From positions 6,960,295 through 7,024,294 of the forward strand of contig MU058636.1 in the NCBI GenBank assembly GCA_013265495.1: 64,000 bases of DNA, read 5' to 3'. Position 1 is the stretch's first letter, and every line of letters begins with the position of its first letter. The notes below the pieces were generated by a model that was not told the origin of the DNA, searched no databases, and worked only from the letters and a program-made list of their open reading frames with translations. Made by a program: the position numbers and the translations under genes. This stretch comes from Vicugna vicugna (Eukaryota). Below are positions 1-12,389 of this stretch, piece after piece.

Positions 1-512
1 GGATAACCTAGAGGAGATGGACAAGTTTCTGGAAACATACTGTCCACCAAAACTGAATCAAGAAGAAAGTGAACACTTGAACAATCTGATCACTAGAAAG
101 GAAATAGAAATAGCAATTAAAAACCTCCCTACAAATAAAAGTCCAGGACCGGATGGCTTCACCAGGGAATTCTACCAAACATACAAAGAAGAACTCATAC
201 CAGTCCTTCTCAAACTCTTCCAGATGATTGAAAAGGAGGGAATACTCCCAAACTCATTCTATGAAGCCACCATCACCCTGATACCAAAACCAGGCAAAGA
301 CACTACAAAAAAAGAGAATTATAGGCCAATATCACTGATGAACATAGACGCCAAAATCCTCACCAAAATTTTAGCAAATAGAATCCAACAACACATAAAA
401 AAGAGAATACATCATGACCAAGTGGGGTTCATCCCAGGGACACAAGGCTGGTTCAACATACGCAAATCAATCAATGTAATACATCACATCAACAAGAGAA
501 AGGACAAAAACC
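1..512 (+). mobile_element. Young LINE-1 ORF2 fragment (Z region to start of reverse transcriptase), running off the left edge of the window
   Basis: Uninterrupted frame with L1 ORF2p motifs [52 protein letters not shown] and [17 protein letters not shown]. Similarity stops abruptly after KDKN (~512), before the expected HMIISIDAEKAFD. Confidence 0.95.
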
Positions 513-3174
513 TTATGGGGAAATTTTTAATTATAATTTCTAAAAATATTTAAGCCTATTCACAATAGCAGTAATCGTCAGGATTAAAGGATATCTGTTT
601 TCCTCCAGTAGGATAATTGCTGTATAGAGTTAAATGCTTCACAAGTAATTTTATAATTTTCTTAATTAAGATCAAAGTAATTATTCCTACCCTAAGATTG
701 CGTTAAATTGAGACTCCAGCTTCACTGGAAAAGGGAGGGAAAAAAGGAGAGGATTGTAGACATGCACTAAAAAGCTTGGTATGCTACTGCCCAAAAATAA
801 GTAAATAAATAAAGACTGAGTCAGAAGAATAGTTAGTTTAAAAAAAAAAAGATGCAAAGGCAAAGAGTGAAAATGCAGTTCAGTATTTGCTAATCATGTG
901 GGTAATGGAGAGCTCATTGAATGTATTTTTTTTTTCTTTTTAGAAACCATCTTTTCTACTCTGCAGCCCTGCCTCATTGTTTAATTGTTAATGATGCTGG
1001 AACCATTGTTTTTTTTTTTTTTGAAAATGTTAATGAAGTGAAAAAGCATAAAAAGTGAAAGCTGTAAAAATGAAAATGTCCCTTAAACTGTTTTATCATT
1101 AAAATCTTTCCATTTGCTGGAACCAAACTTTTTCCCAGCTTCACCTGGCAACCCCTTTAGGAAATATAACCCTCACAAGAAACGAGCTAGTGCTCTGGCC
1201 CAGGAGGGGAGGTGCTTACCTCTTCAGTTCTAGATGAAGTTCAAGATCCAACTCCCCTGCTATGTCTGAATACTCAACTCCTAATTTTGTTCCTCTTCTT
1301 TTAGTTGAGATTCAGAATTTACAAACGTTGTAAATAAATATTTTGTAAGAACTCAGCCCGTTTCCTGGGTAACACACTTAAAATAACTGTGCTGGTGTCA
1401 TATAGAACCTGGCCAGATGCTTATGGGCTTATTTTTCGCATCTCTCATTTTCATATGGAAAACTATCCCTTTAAAACTATAAAACCACTGGATTCCTTAC
1501 GCTGCCAAAAAGCCAGGCTCAGAAGGAGTGGTGGTGCACCACGAAGCAAAAGGAGTCACCGAAATATTTTTTGTCCTCAGAAAACTGCTTTCCCTGAAAA
1601 AAAGAAAAGAAAAGAAAGTGCAAATAAGACATTAGATACTGTTAGGAGACTTTTCTTTCTGCAACACTAAAAAACAAAAAAGAAATAAAAGCCCTCTTTC
1701 CCACAACATTAAAAAAAAGAAATATAAGAAATATGATTAATTATTTTAAGGACAAAATGAAAGCTTTTTCTTGAATGATTTGCTCTGCCTTTTATCAAAT
1801 AGGCATGTATCTGCCTTCAAAATTACAATATAAATATATCCCTCTTTAAAAATTACTGGACAGCATCAACATGGTTTTTCCGAGGTCACCTTGAATAAGC
1901 TAAGAATTTTCTTGTGTAGTTTTGTGCTGAAAGGACTTACCTTTCATGTTATATGACTAAGATTATATTGTCATACTTTAACCAAAGAATATTACCTTTT
2001 CCTCTTTCTGATAAAAAAGTAAATTATGAGCATGAGGGATGCAAAGGAGTACAATGGATTGTCGCCGCCGTAAACAGTACAAGGAGAAAGAGGGGCAGAA
2101 GGTAGCAGAAGCTACACATGGGACCATCTAGAGAGAACAGACACAAAAAGTAGATCATAACTCAGGCAAAAATAAGAAGCGAATTTTAGACAGAAAGTTT
2201 ATTTTCCTATCCGCTTTCTTTTTCATACCTTTAGGTGTTTGATTTGGTTGCTAACAAAACATTTCTCACTATTAAGTGGAGCTTGTGCAGTGTAACATAC
2301 ACTTTAATAACATTCACTGTTTTTTCATCTAAAATTTCATTATGCTTAATTGGAAACCCCATTTAATTCACATACATTCATCAATCACTGTCTCCGTCTC
2401 TGAAAATCCAAATTGTTTCAGAGACTTTTCTCAAGAATCATCATTCCCAGTAACTACTCCCCACTGATATTCATGGGAGTAAACGATATAGACAGATGGT
2501 TGGAATGCATTCCCAGTGGTGTGTTTGGAATCCTGTCCCTTTTTCCAGGTTCAGCAATACAGGGAGAGAGAACAAACTAGCCTGGCTTTAAAGGACTGGA
2601 CTGAGGACTAGGATTTGGCTTTGTGAACTATGACTTTACAGTTTCAGGAAGTGAGACTCACTTTTCAAAGGTAGGAAGGATGCATTTTTCAGGAGCTTTA
2701 CCAGTCAATTTGTCATTTAAATTACCAGATACAATCTCAGGGCAGAGAGGACATAAGAGTGTCAGAGAAGGAAGGCTTTGGAAGAAGTATTCAGTAATAC
2801 ACAGGAGAGTCAGAACAGTATTAATGGCTTAAGACATATGTCAAATGTATATGTGTAGATGTATACTTTAGATAAGAGTGCGTATACAGACATGTACTTG
2901 CAGCATTTAGGTAGTGTGTATCACTAGGAATTGACTAAGTAGCACAGGTCATGTTAAAAAAAAAGTCTGATGATTTTCTTATGGAGGAGAACTACGAGCG
3001 TCAGTAAATACAGAATTGGTTTGGCCAACATACTTGGTAATCCTGTTTCATAACCATCTTCACGCTTGTGTATGGTACACTTACTTACGCAGTAAGTTGG
3101 TTCCCCCATTTTTATTACTGTATCTCATCTCTTTCCTTCTTAACACTCACAAAAATTTTAACTACACATTTATT

Positions 3175-3305
3175 TATTTCCATTGTGAAACAGACTGAAA
3201 GCTGCACAGAGGCGGGAATCATGTCAGTTTCTTCATCCAGGCATAGCTAGTACTTAGCCTGGCTCCCAGGTGTTCAGTAACTATGTGTTGACTAAATAAA
3301 TGAAC
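3175..3305 (+). mobile_element. LINE-2 3' end fragment
   Basis: Degenerate L2 tail (gactgaaagctgcacagaggcgggaatcatgtc...tgttcagtaactatgtgttgactaaataaatgaa). Boundaries approximate. Confidence 0.55.
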
Positions 3306-3464
3306 ATACACAACACACACAGAGCATTCTACATAGTTCAGTTATCATTGTTCTTTCAGAATAATTAGTTCTGGTTATAGAGAAACAGGAAAGAGCTGTG
3401 CTGGTGTGTTCAGTGTACTGCCCTCAAGATAGTCCATTTCCTTGGTCACTTTCTTTACAGTGAG

Positions 3465-3700
3465 AGGCTGTGTGGCGTGAGCTGGAAGCCCGACAGCCTG
3501 GGGACAGGGGCTGCTTCTGCCACCTACTGGTTACTTAATCACCGGTGCGTTACTCAGCCTCCCTGCACCTCCATTTCTTCATTTGTAAAATGAGTTGATA
3601 ACTTATCTCAAAGGGAATTTTGGGAGAGTAAATGACTTAACACATTCACCATGCCTAGAAAAGTACCCGGAACACAGTGAGCTCTCAGTAATATTAGCCC
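3465..3700 (+). mobile_element. MIR SINE
   Basis: MIR core cctccatttcttcatttgtaaaatgag and L2-like tail acacagtgagctctcagtaatattagc. Confidence 0.75.
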
Positions 3701-3724
3701 TTCTGTAAGTATTATTATCCTAGG

Positions 3725-4095
3725 AATTTACCCAGTTCTGGGGTTAGAGTATACTGCAGTGACACGTGACCTTCAAATCTCAGAAGTTCAACACAAGAAA
3801 AGTTTATTTCTCACTCTTACCCATATTCAGCTTGCAACTGCAGGGAAGCTCTGCCCATCAGAGTCACTCAGGGATGCGAAATGGTGGAGGCTGCACATCA
3901 GTGCTTATTTTCTGGATTGCTGCGGGAGAGGAAAGGGAACATGGCAGATTGTTCGTTGGCTCTTAAAACTTGTGCCTGGAAGTGACTCACTTCTCACATT
4001 TTATTAGCTGAGGAAAGTCACGTAGGCATGCCTTATTTCAAAACAGATGGAGAAGTACAGTCTGCATGTGTCCAGAGAAGAGAGGATAACAATTT
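3725..4095. mobile_element. Old MaLR solo LTR (MLT1K/L-like)
   Basis: Motifs aaatctcag..aacacaagaaaagtttatttctcactc, gtcactcaggga, cctggaagtgac..cacttc and aagtcacg..gcc, typical of old MLT1 LTRs. Subfamily tentative. Confidence 0.6.
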
Positions 4096-5675
4096 TTAAC
4101 TATTAGTCTGTCAGTTAGCATTTGTGTGTTTGTTCCATCTCAGAACAAAGATGGATTAGTAGTCATGCACAGAAGCCTTGACCTCAGCGATCACCACTGT
4201 TTCTTTAGTCAAGCAGAAATTCAAGTTCTCACTGCACTTTGTGTGCTCAGCAAAACGATCCTTTGTTCCCTTCATGCTTTTTTCTGTACCACTGGATAGT
4301 TTTTGTTATCAAATATCAAGTAACCAGTGAACAGTTCAGTCATACTTTACCAGGCAAACGAGTTTTCCCCCTGGCTTATGAAGGTGGTTGATCCTGGGAG
4401 GGCAGGAGGGATCCCTTTTCAGAAAATTAAGTGCATTCTCCTAAGTCCAAAATGTAATTATCAAAAATTTCTTGGAGGAAAATTATGATTTCCTGAACCC
4501 TATTTATACTAAAATAACACCAAATTCCAATTAATGAACACCATTATAGGAATAGTAGTATCAGTTATCATAATACAACCTAATTGGGGACCCTCCCTGT
4601 ACTAATTACTGGCTGTTTACCTACTCTTTTCCTGCAATTATGTACTGTACCTATAAAACCACACTCCTGAACAAAGCATACATATGATACTCAGTGTTTG
4701 TGTAATTCAGCCATGAAGGTCAAAAACAAAGCTATGAAGACCCAAATAAATAAATAATGAGAAACAGTGCATATGATAGTACATTCACCCTCCTGGCTGA
4801 CATCATCAGAGGTATCACACGTGAGATTAGCTGCTATAAACGTGCAATTCCAAGCAGAATTTCAGTGCAGCATGGCTATGCAACCATGGAGGTGATGGCC
4901 TAGTGGTTCCTGGATGTGTCCACCTGGCTGCTCTCCAAGGACAGGAAATCTAAATTAGCCCTCCTTCATGGAAAGAAGTACTTGTCAACCTAACTTAGCA
5001 TATTTAAAGAAACTCTTAGAGTACTCAATATACTGACCTAAATAGGCATATCACAGACTAAAAATTCTGGATCATGCTTACAAATTATTAATAAGAATTG
5101 CATCTAAGGTTTAAACTTACTAAAAACTCTTCAGAGTCATCTCTGTTATTATCTTTCTTCCTGCAATGGCTCACATGTTACAGAAGAATATAGTAAGGTG
5201 TATCTTATTACACTGAAATATTAAATAGGAGGAGTGATGGAGGAGCAATTTAGTTTGAGTTTGCGGGCTTATATACTGATGAGTTTCAGTGGGAAAGCAG
5301 AGTGAAGAACATGTGAGTAAGAATAAAAGGAAAGGAATTTATCTTGTTATGTATATTATGCTGCTAGAATGTATCTTCAGCACCAAGAGCATTGCTTAAC
5401 ACATGATAAGTACTCAGTATATATCTTTTTGAATGGAAACATTGAAGGAAGAAGAGAAGGAAATAAATGACTAAGAGTTTGAATAGAAAACAGAATGACA
5501 ATTTCCTAGCTTGGTGACCTGGCACAGATGCTGATATAATGGTGTTGGAACATAAGCCTTTTGTAGGCATATCATTCTGCCTACAGAACCTCTGATAATT
5601 CTTTACTTGCTGATAAACAGTATTATCCATCAGAAAAAATGAGGATGCAAAGAGAGAATTATTTATATACTCTAA

Positions 5676-5826
5676 CAGTATTTCTAAACATCTTTGGACC
5701 ATAAACTGTTTTGAGGAAAATTTTATGAAAACTGTGGACCTCTCCCTCTCATATTTACATATCCCACAAAATTCTGCATACCATTTCAGGAGCTGTGTGG
5801 ACCCATAAAACTCATCCATGAGTTAG
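5676..5826. mobile_element. hAT-Charlie MITE (Charlie4z-like)
   Basis: cagtatttctaaac...tgaaaactgtggacctctccc...aaaattctgcataccatttcagg...catccatg. A related copy lies at ~31490-31648. Confidence 0.55.
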
Positions 5827-7134
5827 TGGTGAGTAAATTACCACACACTTTTTTTTCAGTGATGGGAATGCTAGATATAAATCATGTAGGAAAGCAGATT
5901 TTGGAAACAAGGGGAAAACGTACAAGTTCTATGACCAAAAATTCAACAAAAAATAACTTTCAATGTTTATGACAGGTTTTAAAAATAAAATTGTGAAAAT
6001 ACAATAGAAGAAAAATGCCAACAAAAAGGAAACTATTATGAGTGAAAAACATGCACAAAAGAAAAATGTCAAGAGGAGCATAAATGCAAAGGAGCAACAC
6101 AAACCTGTCAGAAAGACCAAAACCTGGAATGAGCTAAGTTGTAGTATACAAACTAATGTAACTCCTTCATCAGGTCCCACAATGGCCAGGACAACACACT
6201 CTCCCCCTGCATTGATCCAGGAGGCCACAAAAAGTGCACAGGTGCAAAATATCGCTTTACTTTTCCTACAAAGTATGCTGTTAGCTCATATAATCAACCT
6301 CTCATGAACATCCTCTAGTCCCATCTGTCCCTAGTCTTTATCCTCTTTTCTACCCTCTGCCTTCTCCTCTACCCTCCAGGATTATATAAAGATTAGAGCC
6401 ACAGAGATGCTTCCACCGGTGTCTTGTTGGAAGAGTTTTCTTGGATCGCTGTAATCTCCACATTTCTAGGGACCTGGTTTATTAGGATTTTCAGATTCAT
6501 GAGAATGGAGCATCTATAAAACAAACCAGTATTCTTTTTGCTAGTACTATCTCTCAGTACCTACTTACACTTTTTAAAAAAGGAAAAATAGTCCTTTTTC
6601 TACTAGAGTTGAAGAAGGGAAGGAAAAAAGAACAGTGGTGAAGAGGCTGGAAAACCACTTCCTCCCACACGATAGCAGATGTGGAACGAGGACAAGAAGG
6701 GTACTGCTGACGTACTTTGTAAGTTCGGGGACACCATTCCCATCTGTCTAGCTGAATGATACCCATGGGATTGGCCTACTGCTTGGGGACTAACAGTCAT
6801 TATAGAAGATGATCCAAAAATAGCACAACTCTCAATACCTATTGTTATTTCATCTATACTCAGTCCCGCTATCTTTAAACTGTAAACAGAAAAACAAGCA
6901 TGAATTGGAAGGAACAGAAGTGTGGGCTTTTTGTTTTAAGTTTATGTCTATTTGCATATTGAAAATCCCAAATAAGACCAAAGCCTGATATCAGTAATAT
7001 TAAGGTAATTTCCACATAGATGACGGAGAAAATACCAGAAGAAGAAATCAGAGAACAATATTTAAATTTTCCAATCCCTGCTCCCCTCAAAAAAAAAAAA
7101 AACAGGACGGTGGATTTCAGATTTTAGAAACTAT

Positions 7135-7230
7135 GGTGCGTAGTGATAATAGCTTAGTGGTAGAGCATGTACTTAGCATGTTCAAGATCCTGAGTTCAAT
7201 CCTCAGAACCTCCATAAAAGATTCAAAAAA
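7135..7230 (+). mobile_element. tRNA-derived camelid SINE (Vic-1-like)
   Basis: A box tagcttagtggtagagc, cttagcatg anticodon-like arm, B box gagttcaatcc, then an A-rich tail. Homologous to the copy at 22376-22472. Confidence 0.75.
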
Positions 7231-8049
7231 GAAATTACAGATGAAGAGTTTTCATTGTTACTTCTGCTTAAATCTGATTTTGTGTTATGAACCAAGAAGT
7301 GTATCATTTACTTGTTAATTTACACAAAGACTGTTTTCAGTCTAAAAGGTAAAGGAGAAACATATTTTAAATAGAACAAAACATAGAAAATACATTTGAA
7401 ATGAACAAGATACTGGTAGATTTTAACATTACCAGTGATGATTTCTTTCAGGTAGACATGATAGAATACAGTGTTTCCCAATCACAGTTTAGAAGAGTTT
7501 TATGATATTCGAGGGAAGCATGACTTCCATTGAGATGCATCATTTACTCTGTCATTTATTCATTGAATTTGGCTAATAGCTGTTTAGTGTCATATGTCTC
7601 TCCAGCAGAGGAGGGAATAAGCTGGCAGTCCAAACTGACTGCTTTCCTGTGCACCCTCCTCCCCAAAACAAACACAGAGAAAGTGATGCATCCCTTATCA
7701 TTTGTTCCCCCAGTAACCTCTCTGACCTCAGTTGTCTCATAGGCAGTATTCCCTACCATAAGTGCCCATAAATATTGCCACTTGACTGAGTACTGGTACA
7801 TGATTTGATACCCAAATTAAGATAAAGTAACCCTAGGACTAAGGATCTAAGATTCGTATTTATGCAGAGTGGTTTCTGGAATATAAATAGTGAAGGAAAT
7901 ACTCGTTTTTCATCATTAAAAGTAAATATCATGAAAGTATAGAGTGCTGAATTTGGAAATTAACTATTTATTTTGTATGACTTTGTTATATATATGAGTA
8001 TAGGAAATTTTACATATATTGAGGTTCTGATAGGATGAGGACATTTTTA

Positions 8050-10425
8050 ATTGAATTTTATTTTAAGATAATTGTAGATTCACATGCAGTTTAAGAAATA
8101 AGACAAAGAGATCCCATGTGCCTTTTATCCAGTTCCTAACAATGGTAACATCTTTCAAAACCATAGTAAAATATAACACCCAGGATAGTGATACAGTCAA
8201 GACAGCAGAACACTGCCATTATCACATTGCTTTTTTATAGCTATATCCATCCCCCTCAAGACTGCATCTTTTCCTTTAACTCTTGGCAGGCACTAATCTG
8301 TTCTTCATTTCTATAATTTTGTCATTTTAAGAATGTTAAATACAAAGTTATTGTTTATTTTTTCACTCAGCATAATTTGTCAGAGATTCATCCAGGTGGC
8401 TGTATCAATATTTTGTTTCATTTTATTCTTGGAACTATTCCGTAGTATGGATGTGCCACATTTGTTTAACCATTTACCTTATTGAAGAACATCTGGGTTG
8501 TTTCCAGCTTGGGCGATTGTTACAAATAAAGCTGCTGTAAGCATTTGTGTATATATTTTTGTGTGAACGTAAGTCTTCATTTTTCTAAGATAAATGCCCA
8601 TTTATAAAAAAGTACATAATTACTGGGTCAAATGGTAGTTACATGGTTTTTCTTTTTTAGGAAGTACCAAACTGTTTTCCAGAGTGACTGTTTTGCATTC
8701 CCGCTAGCAATGAATGGGAGATCCAGTTTCTCCATTTTCTTGCCAGCATTTGATATTATCACTATGTTTTATTTTGGTAATATGAATAGAAGCATAGTGA
8801 TATCTCACTATGGTTTTAATTTGCCTGCCCCTAATGGCTAATGATGTTGAACATCTTCTCATGTGTATATTTGCCATCAGTATATCTTCTTCAGTGAAAT
8901 GTATCTTCATGTCTTTTCCCATGTTCCAGTTATATAGTTTGCTTTTTTTACTGTTGAGTTTCAAAATTCTTCATATATTCTAGATACTAGTCCTTTGTCA
9001 GATATGGTTTGCAAATATTTTCACTCACTCTTTTCATCCTCGTAATTTTTTTTATTATTGAATTATACTTGATTTACAATATTGGTTTCAGGTGTGCAAC
9101 ATAGTAATTCGATATTTTCATACGATATGTTCCATAGAAAGTTATTGTAAAGTATAGCGTGTTCTTTTGTAAATCAAATGTTTTTAATTTCTATGAAATC
9201 TAGTTATCCATTTTTCCTTTGAGGGCTTGTGCATTTGGTGTCAAGTCTAAGAATTCTTTACCTCACCCTATCCCAAAGATTTTCTTCTTTTTTCCCTAAA
9301 ACGTTTATAGTTTTAGAATTGTTTGTTTCTGATCCATTTTAGTTAATTTCTCTGTAAAATGTGAGATTTAGGTCAGGGTTTATTTTTTGCCTGTGAATGT
9401 TCAATTGTTCCAGCACAGTTCATTGAAAAACTATCCTTCCTCCATTTAATTGGTTCCCACACCTTTATTAAAATCAGTTGGGCATACTGGTGTGAGTCTT
9501 TTTCTTGGTTCTCTTTTCCATTTCATTCATCTATGTGTCCTTCCCTTGACCTAATCATGAGATCTTGATTGCTGTAAGTATATATTAAGTCTTGATATCA
9601 GATAGACAGGTTCTTCTTGCTTTAACCTTCTATTATATAAATTTTATGAATAATCTAGTTTGTATTTACTAACACTTTTGCTAGAATTTTGATAGGAATT
9701 ATATTAAACCTATATATTAATTTGGGGAGAATTGATATCTTTACAATATTGAGTCTTCCAGGCCATGAACATGGTATAGTCTGCCTTTCCCTTTTATTTT
9801 GATTTTTTTATTCTTTTCATCAACATCGTATAGTTTTCACTACATAAGCCCTGTACTGTTTTGTTAGATTTATACCTAAGTCTCTCTCTCTTTGTGAATG
9901 ATTTTAAATTGTATTTTTATTTCAGTGTCCATGTGTTCATTGCTAGCATATAGAAACACAATTGATAATTGTGTGTTTATCTTGTATCCTGTGACCTGCT
10001 AAACTCAGTAATGAGTTCTAGGAATTTTTGATAGTTTTTTTTTGTAATTTTCTACATAGACAATTATGTCATCTGTCATCTGCAAATAGGGACAGTTTAA
10101 TTTTTCCCTTTGCTATCTATATTCATTTTATTTGTTTTTCTGTTTATTGTATTGGATAGAAATTCCAGTACCATGTTGAATAAGAATAGTGAGAGCAGAC
10201 ATTTTTGCTTTGTTCTCAGTTTTAGGGGAAATGAATTCAGTCTTTCACTTTTAAGTATAATTTTAGCTTTAGATTTTTTGTGGATGCTTTTATGAAGTTG
10301 AAGTTGCCCCTAATTCCTATTTTTTTGAAAATGTTTTTCTATGATGAATGGGCATTGAATTTTGTCAGATTCTTTCTATATTGGTTATATAATCATATGG
10401 TTTTTCTTCTTTAGGTGCTAATATA
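8050..10425 (-). mobile_element. Ancient L1 (L1MC-like) 3' UTR plus ORF2 3' part
   Basis: Begins with the antisense L1MC-type 3' end ttttaagataattgtagattcacatgcag...gagatccc. Minus-strand ORF 8704-8964 has decayed ORF2 C-terminal motifs (HFTEEDI.MAN.HM.RCSTSL.IR, YH). Confidence 0.85.
9045..9157 (-). mobile_element. Short younger L1 3' tail nested in the L1MC element
   Basis: Poly-T followed by attgaattatacttgatttacaatatt..tttcaggtgtgcaacatagtaattc, an antisense laurasiatherian L1 terminus. Confidence 0.6.
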
Positions 10426-10544
10426 GTAGAAATTTTTAACAAATGCATAATTTTAATTAGTTCCTTTTTAAAAGTCAAAAGAGAATCAATAAAATTATTC
10501 ACCTGAAATCAGAATTAAATGTTCAGCAAAATTTTTGTTAATTA

Positions 10545-12388
10545 TTTTTGAATTAATTTTTATTGGGATATAATTGACATATAACATTATACAGCTTCAA
10601 GATGTACAACATAATGATTCAGTATTTATACATATTGCAAAATAACTCTAGTAACATTCATTGTCCCATCTAGTTACAAAATTTTTTCCTTGTGAGAAGA
10701 ACTTTTAAGATTTACTCTCTTAGTCTCTTATATATACACAATACAGAGTTATTAACTGTAGTCACCATGCTGTGCATTTTATCCCATGACTTACTTGTTT
10801 TATGTTTGGAAGAGTGTACCTTTTGATCCCCTTCACCCACCACACATTCCTCACCTCTGGCAACCACCATTCTGTTCTCTGTATCTGTGAATTTGGAGGG
10901 TTATTTTTGTGTCTGTATGGTGGATTTGTTTTCCTTTTTTTTTCTTGGTTTTTGATTTGGTTTATTTTTACTACATCTTCTTTATCTATTCATCCATCAT
11001 GGACACTTAGGTTGCTTCCAAGTTCTGGCTATTGTAAATAATACTGCCATGAACATGGGGGTGCAGATATCTTTTCAAGTTAGTGTTTTGTTTTCCTTCA
11101 GATAAATACCAAGAAATGGAATCGCTGGATTACATGGTAGTTCTATTTTTAATTTTTTGAGGAACCTTCATACTGTTTTTCATACTGGCTGCACCAATTT
11201 ACATTCCCACCAACAGTGAACAGGGGTCCCCTTTTTTCCATATCCTCACCAACACTTGTTATCTATTCTCCTTTTTGATGATAGGCATTCTAATAGTGTG
11301 AGATGACATCTCATGGTGGTTTTGATTGGCATTTCCCCGATGATTAGTGATGTTGAGCACCTTTTCATTTATCTTAATATCTTCTTTAGGAAAATGTCCA
11401 TTCAGATCCTCTGCCCATTTTTTAATCAGGTTGTTTGGGTTTTTTGTTGTTATTGAATTTTTTTACTTCTTTATACATTTTGGATGTTAACCTCTTATCA
11501 GTTATATAATTTGCTAATATTTTTTCCCATTTGGTAGGTTGCCTTTTCATTGTGTCGATTTTTTTTTTCTGTGCAGAATCTTCTAGTTTGAAATTCCCAG
11601 TTGTTTATTTTTTTTGCCGTAGCTTTTGGTGTCAAATCAAAAAAAAATCATTGCGAAGACAAATGTCAAGGAGCTTACTGCCTGTGTTTTCTTTTAAGAA
11701 TTTTATGCTTTTAGGACTTAGGTTTTAAAGTCTTTGACCCATTTTTAGTTGACTTTCATGTGTTGTATAAGATTCATCCAGTTTTACTCTTTTGCATGTT
11801 ACTATCCAGTTTTCCCAACACCGTTTATTGAAGAGACTGTCCTTTCCACATTGTGTATTCTTAGCTCCTTAGTCTTAAAATAATTGACCATAAAAATAAT
11901 AGTTTTATTTCTAGGTTCTCTATTCTGTTTCATTAAGCTATATGTCTGTTTTTAATTGCAAACTATGCTGTCTTGATTACTATAGCTTTATAATATAATT
12001 TGAAATCAGGAAGCATTGCATTGCTCCAGCTTTGTTCCTTTTTCTCAAAATCGTTTTGTCTATTTAGGTTTTTTGCGGTTTCATACAAATTTTAGGATTG
12101 ATTGTTTTATTTCTGTGAGAAATACCATAGGAATTTTAATGGAGATTGTGTTGAATCTGTAGATTGCTTTGGTATGAACATTTTAACGGTATCAATTCCT
12201 CAAATCCATGAGCACAGAGTATCTTTCCATTTATTTGTGTCTTTTTAAATTTCTTTCATCAGTGTCTTAGGTTTCATTGTACAAGTCTTTCACCTCTTTA
12301 GTAATTTTATTTCTAGGTATAGTATTCTTTTTGATACAATTGTAAATGGGATTTTTTTCTTAATTTCTCTTTCTGATAGTTTGTTAGC
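10545..12388 (-). mobile_element. L1 (L1MA9-like/laurasiatherian) 3' UTR plus ORF2 3' part, 5'-truncated
   Basis: Antisense 3' end tttattgggatataattgacatataac...gagaagaacttttaagatttactctcttag. ORF2 remnant LSEREIKKKIPFTIVSKRI.YL in minus ORF 12290-12490. Confidence 0.85.
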
Positions 12389-12389
12389 T

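Noticed and set aside
5364..5819. 151-aa minus-strand ORF
   Set aside because: Spans a Charlie MITE and L2-like sequence; no coding signature.
7135..7230. Possible tRNA-Ala gene
   Set aside because: The acceptor stem does not pair, it has an A-rich tail, and a second copy has a TSD, so it is a SINE.
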